Origin: Roseibacillus sp.
Lineage (GTDB): Bacteria; Verrucomicrobiota; Verrucomicrobiia; Verrucomicrobiales; Akkermansiaceae
Assembly: GCA_965242925.1 (NCBI GenBank)
Contig: CBDEUM010000002.1
Coordinates: 1 to 46,767, forward strand
DNA: 46,767 nucleotides
Direction of reading: 5' to 3'
Of the stretch, positions 19,083-26,360 are shown piece by piece. A model generated the notes under the pieces. The model saw nothing but the letters and a program-made list of their open reading frames with translations, had not been told where the DNA came from and searched no databases. The stretch's first letter is position 1. The number at the start of each line of letters is the position of its first letter. The translations under genes and the position numbers were made by a program.

Positions 19083-20261
19083 CTATTTTTCTACCCGCAT
19101 GAAGTCCTCGCTCAGCCTGATCTTCCTTCCCTGCGCCGCAAGGTGGTCGAGTTCCTCCGTGAAGAACCGCGTGCTCAGGATGTAGGGTGCCTCCCCCTCG
19201 GTCCAGTGACCGTAGGTCGTCACGATAAAGGAGCCGATCCCGTCGGGCAGCACCTCTACTCCCGGATAGGTGGTGTCATGGCCCTTCCTGTTATCCAGCA
19301 GACGGAGGACATACTGCCCCGGACGTCCCTTCACGAGGTCTTCATAACGACCCACCCAGGCAGCGCAATCCCCGTCGGTGGGCGGAATGGCGTTCCCATT
19401 GGCATAGCGCCCCCGGAAGACAATCACGAGCCTCCCGTCGGGTGCATAGCGACAGGTGTGACGATCCCCGGTCAGGGTCACCGGGAGTTCACGCGGTTTG
19501 CTCCAGGTCCTACCCTCATCGTCGGAAAACATGATGTGGGAGTTCTTCCGCCGCGCATTCTCCCGCAGCAGCATTGCGATCTGCCGACCGTCGGGCGAAC
19601 GCACCAGGCCAGGTTCACAGAGGTGCACCCCTGCATCACTCTGAAAGGCCTCCGGGAACGACCAGGTCAGCCCCCCATCCTGCGTCACCGTCTTGTAGAG
19701 GGTGAATACCACCGGACTGGCCACCTTGCCTCCGTCGGTGAAGAAACGTCCGTCATCGTGGAAGACACACATGTAATGACCTTTCCCGGTCTTCAGTTCC
19801 ATGTGACTTCCCATCACCACGATCCCGCCCCAATCCCCCGCTTTCTTCAGTTCGCTCCAGGTCCTGCCCTCGTCCTCGCTGATCGCGTAGCGCGCCGGAT
19901 AAAGCCCCGACCACAGGATGATCCGCTTCCTGCCGTCCGGTCCCGTCATCCGATGCAGGGTAGGCACTTCCTTCGAAGTCGCCCACGAAGCGGGCGTCGG
20001 CAGGCGCTTTCCCCAGCTGTTACCACCATTAACACTGCGCTTGTAGATGATCGCACCGCGCCCGTGCCCCTTGGGATACACCGTCAGGATAGTCTTGCCG
20101 TCGTCGAGGAGACAGGTCGAGACGTGGCCGAGGTATTGCCCCTTTTCGCGGTCCACCAGGGTGATCCGTTCGCTGTCAGTGGCAAGGTCGATAACGGTGA
20201 TCTCGGGCGCGGCAAGCGCGGACCCCAGAAGGCCGGCCAGAAATGGGAAAGCGTGTCGCAT
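19083..20261 (-). CDS. Sialidase-like / BNR Asp-box beta-propeller protein, secreted
   Basis: Signal peptide; Asp-boxes SVNGGNSW, SEDEGRTW, TQDGGLTW, SDDEGRTW; CEP and YPG motifs. Confidence 0.88.
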   Translation of the reverse strand: MRHAFPFLAGLLGSALAAPEITVIDLATDSERITLVDREKGQYLGHVSTCLLDDGKTILTVYPKGHGRGAIIYKRSVNGGNSWGKRLPTPASWATSKEVPTLHRMTGPDGRKRIILWSGLYPARYAISEDEGRTWSELKKAGDWGGIVVMGSHMELKTGKGHYMCVFHDDGRFFTDGGKVASPVVFTLYKTVTQDGGLTWSFPEAFQSDAGVHLCEPGLVRSPDGRQIAMLLRENARRKNSHIMFSDDEGRTWSKPRELPVTLTGDRHTCRYAPDGRLVIVFRGRYANGNAIPPTDGDCAAWVGRYEDLVKGRPGQYVLRLLDNRKGHDTTYPGVEVLPDGIGSFIVTTYGHWTEGEAPYILSTRFFTEELDHLAAQGRKIRLSEDFMRVEK

Positions 20262-20414
20262 GCTTCAATCTTCGACGTCCTCCAGCTCGATACAATGAAG
20301 TTTGTTGTCACCCTCCCGGGAAAGTTCGCTCGGAAGCGGTCCCGACGCCCTGTGCGGCTTGGAAGCCAGGGCACGAACTCTTGTCTCCTCCCCCCCTCGG
20401 CGCTACCAGTGAAC

Positions 20415-21377
20415 ATGTCCGACGGCAAGCCCTGCTGCACTCCCTCCCGGGAAGGAAACGGCAATCACCCGACAAAAGAGTCCTCTCTTCCCCTGTCGCC
20501 CAATGCCGGCTCGACCGAAGGCATGGTTCGCATTGACGGCGGGGCTTTCCGCATGGGCGCGGAGGGACCGGAGTGCTGGGCCGCCGACGGCGAGGGACCG
20601 CGACGCGAGGTGTCCCTCGATCCCTACTTCCTTGACTGCACCGCAGTCACCAACGAAGCCTTCGCCGCCTTCGTGGAGGCTACCGGCTACCAAAGCGAGG
20701 CCGAGCGCTTCGGCTGGTCCTTTGTCTTCCACAACCAGATTCCCAAATCCCACCTCAAGCGCATCCGTTTCGATCGCGCCTTTGGAATCGAGTGGTGGGC
20801 CAAGGTGGAGGGCGCCTGCTGGAGAAAACCCGGCGGACCAGGCACCAACATCCGTAAGCGCATGGATCATCCGGTGGTCCACGTCTCCTGGCTCGACGCG
20901 CGGGCCTTCTGCCAGTGGACAGGTAAACGCCTGCCTACCGAGGCCGAATGGGAACGGGCGGCCCGCGGTGGTGAAGAGGACCGGATTTATCCCTGGGGTG
21001 ACGAGCTCACTCCCGGCGGAAAACACCGCTGCAATATCTGGCAGGGGCGCTTTCCGGAGGAAGACACGGGGGCCGACGGCTACACCGGAACCGCCCCAGC
21101 CCGATCATTCCCCTCCAATCCGTTCGGTCTCTACAACATGATGGGCAACGCTTGGGACTGGGTAACCGACTGGTTCGACCCTCGTTATCCCAAGGACGCA
21201 CCGACCGACAACCCCCTTGGCCCCGCCGGGGGCTCCGAAAGAGTTATTCGCGGCGGATCCTTTCTCTGTCACGAGTCCTACTGCAACCGCTACCGCAACT
21301 CGGCCCGCACCAAGGTCACCCCCGACTCCACCACCTGCCACCTGAGCTTCCGCTGCGCCATGGATGACCGTGGATAG
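20415..21377 (+). CDS. Formylglycine-generating enzyme (sulfatase-modifying factor)
   Basis: FRMG, VTNEAF, HPVVHVSW, RLPTEAEWE, YPWG, FGLYNMMGN, RGGSFLCHESYCNRYR with both catalytic Cys. Real start ATG 20415 (the 1083-aa ORF is an upstream open-frame extension). Confidence 0.93.
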   Translation: MSDGKPCCTPSREGNGNHPTKESSLPLSPNAGSTEGMVRIDGGAFRMGAEGPECWAADGEGPRREVSLDPYFLDCTAVTNEAFAAFVEATGYQSEAERFGWSFVFHNQIPKSHLKRIRFDRAFGIEWWAKVEGACWRKPGGPGTNIRKRMDHPVVHVSWLDARAFCQWTGKRLPTEAEWERAARGGEEDRIYPWGDELTPGGKHRCNIWQGRFPEEDTGADGYTGTAPARSFPSNPFGLYNMMGNAWDWVTDWFDPRYPKDAPTDNPLGPAGGSERVIRGGSFLCHESYCNRYRNSARTKVTPDSTTCHLSFRCAMDDRG

Positions 21378-21476
21378 GCTGCCCCTTCCCACGTCGACCG
21401 TGGATAGACCCATCCGGGAAAAAGACGTCGGCGGACCCGCGGATACCATTGTTGACCCTGGCCGCCTGGACCCTCC

Positions 21477-22622
21477 CTACTCGGGCACCTCCACCCAGCA
21501 GCCCTGCTCGATGGACTGCCAGCTCAGCTCGGCCAGCTGCACCCCCTTGGCACCTTCCCTCAGGGTCCAGGGGAATGACTCATCAGCCACCACGTGCCTG
21601 AGGAACAACTCCCACTGCGTCTTGAAGGCGTTGTCAAATTCCTCGCCTGGCCGCACTTCCTGCCAATTCTCGAAAAAGTTGATGGGACTCTCAACGTCGG
21701 GATTCCACACCGGGGTTGGCGTATCCGCACGCGACTGCACGACACACTTGCGCAGGCCCACCGTGGCGCTGCCCTCCGTCCCGTCCACCTGCATGGTGAA
21801 GAGCTCGTCGCGCCGCACCCGCACGCACCACGAGGAATTGAACTGGCAGACCACCCCACCCTCCGTCTCGAAGATGGCGTAGGCCGCATCGTCCGCGGTG
21901 CATGAATACGGATTGCCCTGTTCGTCGACGCGCTCCGGAATGTGAGTGGAAGCGTGGCCGAAGACGCGGGTGATCCTGCCGAAGAGGTTGTCGATCACGT
22001 AGCGCCAGTGGCAGTGCATATCGATGATGATTCCGCCGCCGTCCTCCTTGCGGTAGTTCCAGCTCGGCCGCTGGGCGGGATGGTGAGGATCGTGGCCGGG
22101 GTAGACCCAGTAGCCGAACTCTCCCCGCACCGAGAGGATTTCCCCGAAAAATCCCTCCTCGCACAACGCACGGAACTTCTGGATCCCGGGCAACCAGAGC
22201 TTGTCCTGCACCGTTCCGTTCTTCACGCCGGCTGCCTCCGCCTTCTCGGCAATGGCGAGGGCTGCGCCATAGGAGGTGGCGGTCGGTTTCTCACAGTAAA
22301 TGTCCTTCCCCGCCGAAATCGCACGCTCAAGGAAGGGCACCCGGTAAGGAGTACCGGAAGCATCAAAAAAAACCTGATACGAATCGTCTGCCAGCACCGC
22401 ATCCAGGTCGGTGGTGTAATTTTCCACCCCGTGTGTTTCCGCCAGGATCCGCAGTTTTGCCTCGTTGCGCCCCGTCAGGACAATCTCAGGCATGATCACC
22501 AGATCCCCGCACGGCACTCCTCCCTGTTTCCGGATTGCCAGGATCGAACGCACCAGGTGCTGGTTGGTTCCCATGCGCCCGGTCACGCCGTTCAGGATGA
22601 TGCCGATGCGGTGTTCGCTCAT
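21477..22622 (-). CDS. Gfo/Idh/MocA family NAD(P)-dependent oxidoreductase
   Basis: NGVTGRMG Rossmann motif, YCEKP, VQDKL, GGGIIIDM. Confidence 0.92.
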   Translation of the reverse strand: MSEHRIGIILNGVTGRMGTNQHLVRSILAIRKQGGVPCGDLVIMPEIVLTGRNEAKLRILAETHGVENYTTDLDAVLADDSYQVFFDASGTPYRVPFLERAISAGKDIYCEKPTATSYGAALAIAEKAEAAGVKNGTVQDKLWLPGIQKFRALCEEGFFGEILSVRGEFGYWVYPGHDPHHPAQRPSWNYRKEDGGGIIIDMHCHWRYVIDNLFGRITRVFGHASTHIPERVDEQGNPYSCTADDAAYAIFETEGGVVCQFNSSWCVRVRRDELFTMQVDGTEGSATVGLRKCVVQSRADTPTPVWNPDVESPINFFENWQEVRPGEEFDNAFKTQWELFLRHVVADESFPWTLREGAKGVQLAELSWQSIEQGCWVEVPE

Positions 22623-22732
22623 GGTTTCGATTGGGTCACGCGGGAAGACTGACCGGACTCACCCGCCGGAGTGAAGATGAAAGTGAACGGAATTGACGAT
22701 GCCGCCCGCTCCCTTCGCTCTCATCTGCAGTT

Positions 22733-23557
22733 TCAACTTGATCGGTAAATCCCATCATAGGCTTCCAGGATACGATCAAGGAAGTCGTCCTGATCGCGCT
22801 CCCACCATTTGCGGGAAAAAATCTCCACTTCGCGTCGTCCCTCGAAGCCAGCCTCCTGCACCCACTGGTCGATCTGGCTCAATGCAATGGAGCCCTCGCC
22901 CATGATTCCACGGTCCAGCAGGACATCCTCCTGGTCGGGTTTGAAGTCACAGATGTGATAGGCATCCAGCCAGCCGTGATCAGCGCTGCGCTGCAACTGA
23001 TCCCGCAGGTCGACTTCCCAGAACACGTGGTAGACATCAACCGCCACTCCCACATTCGGCAGCGACAACTCCCCGGCCAGATTGTTCGCGTCCCGCAGTG
23101 AACAGACCCCGGAACGATCCCCTGCGTAGATCGGATGGAGTGGCTCAATCGCCAGACGGATTCCCAGATCGGCGGCCTCGCCCGCAATCAGCCCGATGCC
23201 GTCGCGGATCTGCTCGTAGTTCTCCCGGGCGGTCTGGCCCGGGGTGGCACCGCAGACCAGCACGACGAGGGGCAACCCCAGGGCCCCGGCCTCCCTCAGG
23301 CATTCACGATTGTTCTCAACCGCAACCGCTCTCTCTTCCGCAGAAGCACCGGTAAAAAAGCCCCCTCGCACCAGGGAGAGCCCTTCCAGGCCGGCATCCG
23401 CGATGTGCTTCCGGACCGAGCAGAGATCCTCCCCTTCCAGCGTCTCCCGCCACACAGAGATTCCCCCGATTCCCCGGCGCGCATAACCCTCAATGCACTC
23501 GGACATGGACCACGAGCGCGTAGTGAAGGTGTGGACGGCCAGTTCGGGATAGGACAT
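22733..23557 (-). CDS. Sugar phosphate isomerase/epimerase (xylose isomerase-like TIM barrel)
   Basis: LAIEPLHP, DVYH, HICD, DRGIMGEG, EVEIF metal-ligand pattern. Confidence 0.9.
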   Translation of the reverse strand: MSYPELAVHTFTTRSWSMSECIEGYARRGIGGISVWRETLEGEDLCSVRKHIADAGLEGLSLVRGGFFTGASAEERAVAVENNRECLREAGALGLPLVVLVCGATPGQTARENYEQIRDGIGLIAGEAADLGIRLAIEPLHPIYAGDRSGVCSLRDANNLAGELSLPNVGVAVDVYHVFWEVDLRDQLQRSADHGWLDAYHICDFKPDQEDVLLDRGIMGEGSIALSQIDQWVQEAGFEGRREVEIFSRKWWERDQDDFLDRILEAYDGIYRSS

Positions 23558-23595
23558 GGGGAGGAACTTCCAGGTTAATGATTCCGTATCACGGG

Positions 23596-24579
23596 TCAGC
23601 TCGTTTCTCCGACCACGGATCCTGCATGAGCCTGCGGCTGGTAGCCGAGGCGCAGGGCACAGTCTCTCATCATTTCCGGCTCCCAGTCCGGACGACGCGG
23701 ACAGCTGGGGTGCGGTTCGCTGCTTGGGATCCGGCCCAGGAGATGCTGAAAGACAGCACAGCTGTGCTTGTAGGCGGGCACCGCCGCACGGAAGCCTACG
23801 TTCCCGAGATACTGCAGGGCATCCGCCAGCTCATAATAACGCTCGTCCTGTTCCTCCCAGTAGCGATCGCGCTCCGCAAACTTCTCCGGACAGAAAGCGG
23901 CCAGCCCCAGCAGGTAATCCGATCCATATTCGATCATGTCGATACCGAGATCGTTCCCGGTATAGATGCGGAATTCCGGGCGAAGTTCATCCCGCAGGGC
24001 GAGACGTTTCAGTTCCTCCGCACGACTCAGGGAACTGTGCTTGATCCCCATGAGGCTGGGAATGCTCATCAACCCACGGATAGTCTCTTCGTCGTAAATC
24101 ATCCCGAAGGGAGCGAACACCCTGCCGAGTTCAAACCCAATCACCGCCTGGTAGGGTTCGCAGATGGCGGCATAGAGGTCCACGATCTGCTGCGGTTCCC
24201 AGTCGTGGAAACGGGTGGTCTGGAAGATGACAGGCGTCCCCCCGGAGGAGGCAATTTCATCCATCTCCCGCCGGTAGAGCTCCACCAGTTCTCCCTCTTT
24301 TCCCTCCACGAAGGCACCCGCCGCAAAAAACTTCCCGCTTCCGAGCGTCCCGGTGGTCCAGCGAAGGACCGCCGTTCTCTCTTCCGCTTCAATGTAGTTG
24401 GCGTAGCCCGTGTCCATGTTGACCGCACAACCAAGACCCGCCTCGCTGGTGCGGGCCACCGCCTCCCGGAAGGCCCTCTCCGCTATCTTCCCGTCCGGTT
24501 CAAAGGGAAGCAGGCAGGCCGCCAGGCCCTTGACCCTGCGCCCCGGACGCTTCTTCTTGAGCCAATCCGGCACACTCAT
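23596..24579 (-). CDS. Dihydrodipicolinate synthase-like (class I aldolase) family protein
   Basis: LLPF, AVNMDTG, GIKHSSL (Schiff-base Lys), YTGND, YLLGL; first gene of a three-gene operon. Confidence 0.8.
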   Translation of the reverse strand: MSVPDWLKKKRPGRRVKGLAACLLPFEPDGKIAERAFREAVARTSEAGLGCAVNMDTGYANYIEAEERTAVLRWTTGTLGSGKFFAAGAFVEGKEGELVELYRREMDEIASSGGTPVIFQTTRFHDWEPQQIVDLYAAICEPYQAVIGFELGRVFAPFGMIYDEETIRGLMSIPSLMGIKHSSLSRAEELKRLALRDELRPEFRIYTGNDLGIDMIEYGSDYLLGLAAFCPEKFAERDRYWEEQDERYYELADALQYLGNVGFRAAVPAYKHSCAVFQHLLGRIPSSEPHPSCPRRPDWEPEMMRDCALRLGYQPQAHAGSVVGETS

Positions 24580-24812
24580 GGGAGTGTGATGGTTGCAGGC
24601 ACCAGAATCCGCAATACCAAAAACCTCAGGGGAGAATTTCGAGGGGACCCGGGCATTCCCGGTCTCCTGCCCGCGAATGGCATCCGGGCCCGGCAGGGAC
24701 GAGGTGACAAGGATGCACTTTTTCCCGTCCCCCGGTCATTTCGGATTTTAAATCACGGTTGCCAGATTCCATGATGCAGGAATCTCAGTCACCCGGTCCG
24801 GTCCCACCCATC

Positions 24813-26345
24813 ATGCACCCTTCCTTCCTCGCCCTCGCCGCCTGCCTCCTGCTCCCGAGCCTGCTGACCGCCCAGCAACTCCGGCATCCACCCGTCCGTC
24901 CCAACATCCTCTGGCTGGTGGCAGACGACATGAACTGGGACTCGCCGGGATGCTTCGGTGGCGTGGCCGAGGGGGTCACACCCCACCTCGACCAACTGGC
25001 GGAGGAAGGCATGCAGTTCTGGCAGGCCTACGTCAACATCTCCATCTGCACACCCTCCCGCAGTGTGATGCTGACCGGGCTGTATCCCCAGAACAACGGG
25101 GCGGAGGGATTCCAGCGCATCCGCCCCGGCACCCCCACCCTGCCTGCCCTTCTGAACGAAGCCGGGTTCCTCTGCGGCACCATCGGCAAGCCCCTCAACC
25201 AGCAGGAACTCTTCCGCTGGTCGATGACCTACACCTGGCAGGGCAAAGGCGACGAGAACCTCTGGGGGCGTGACCCGGAAGTGTACCGCCGCTTTGCCAG
25301 GGACTTCTTTGCCACCGCCAAGTCCGCCCACCAGCCCTTCTTCCTGATGGCAAGCGCCCACGATCCGCATGACCCCTTCGCCGTCCCCGGCGCGAAGGGA
25401 CGACATCCGGACAACCGCCACTACGAGCGGGCGGAGTCCTCCCGGACCTACGCTCCCACCGAGGTGCGACTGAGTGCGGGGTTGCCCGACATCCCGGAGA
25501 TCCGCAGGCATCTGGCGGCCTACGCCGGATCCGTACGACGCACCGACGACATGGTGGGCGCGGTCCTGCAGGAACTGGATCACGCGGGACTGGCCGAAAA
25601 CACCATTGTCCTCTTCCTCTCGGATCATGGGATGGGCTTTCCCGGCGTGAAGGCCAACTGCTACCCGGACAGCACACGTTCACCCTGGATCATTCGTTGG
25701 CCCGGGAAAGTGACCAGGGGCCGTGACGACAAACGACACCTGCTTTCCAGCGTCGACCTTCAGTCCACCTTCCTGGAAGCGGTGGGCTTGCCACCGGTGA
25801 AGAAAACGGATGGCCGTTCCTTCCTCCCGATCCTGCAGGGGGAGGCGCAGGAAAACCGCAATTACGTCTTTACCCAGTTCTTCCACATCCACGGCAGGGA
25901 TGCCTATCCCATGCGGGGGGTTCTCTCCCGCGACTGGGCCTACCTCTTCAATCCCTGGTCCGACGGCAAGCGCAGCTTTCCGCGACAATGGAACGGATTC
26001 GGAGCCTTGCAGAATCTGGCCCGGTCCGACCCCGCCATGCGGCAACGGGTTGATCATCTCCTCCACCGGGACGTGGAGGAGTTCTACAATCTCCGCCGGG
26101 ATCCCCACTGCCTTGCCAACCTGTTGACAGGAGCGGCTTCAGCCCCAACCCCCCCGCCCACTGATCAGTTCCGCGCCAGGCTCCGGGAATTCATGCTTCA
26201 GGTTGAAGATCCCGCCCTCCCCGCCTTTGATAAGCGGCAGGACCCGGAAGCGCTGCAGGACTTCATGCGCGACTACACCACCCGGGCCACCCGGGAAATC
26301 GAGGAACTGCGTGCCTACGAACAGGTGAAAGGCTACCGCTTCTGA
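24813..26345 (+). CDS. Cys-type sulfatase (N-sulfoglucosamine sulfohydrolase-like), secreted
   Basis: Signal peptide, RPNILWLVADD, ICTPSR, DPHDPF, LSDHG, KANCY, YPMR, EEFYNL..DP..L.NL. Start ATG 24813. Confidence 0.9.
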   Translation: MHPSFLALAACLLLPSLLTAQQLRHPPVRPNILWLVADDMNWDSPGCFGGVAEGVTPHLDQLAEEGMQFWQAYVNISICTPSRSVMLTGLYPQNNGAEGFQRIRPGTPTLPALLNEAGFLCGTIGKPLNQQELFRWSMTYTWQGKGDENLWGRDPEVYRRFARDFFATAKSAHQPFFLMASAHDPHDPFAVPGAKGRHPDNRHYERAESSRTYAPTEVRLSAGLPDIPEIRRHLAAYAGSVRRTDDMVGAVLQELDHAGLAENTIVLFLSDHGMGFPGVKANCYPDSTRSPWIIRWPGKVTRGRDDKRHLLSSVDLQSTFLEAVGLPPVKKTDGRSFLPILQGEAQENRNYVFTQFFHIHGRDAYPMRGVLSRDWAYLFNPWSDGKRSFPRQWNGFGALQNLARSDPAMRQRVDHLLHRDVEEFYNLRRDPHCLANLLTGAASAPTPPPTDQFRARLREFMLQVEDPALPAFDKRQDPEALQDFMRDYTTRATREIEELRAYEQVKGYRF

Positions 26346-26360
26346 GAAGAGCGGGCTGGG

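Noticed and set aside
18126..21377. 1083-aa ORF that looks like a giant FGE fusion
   Set aside because: The first ~760 codons are the stop-free antisense shadow of the AEC transporter and sialidase genes. Only 20415-21377 has FGE motifs.
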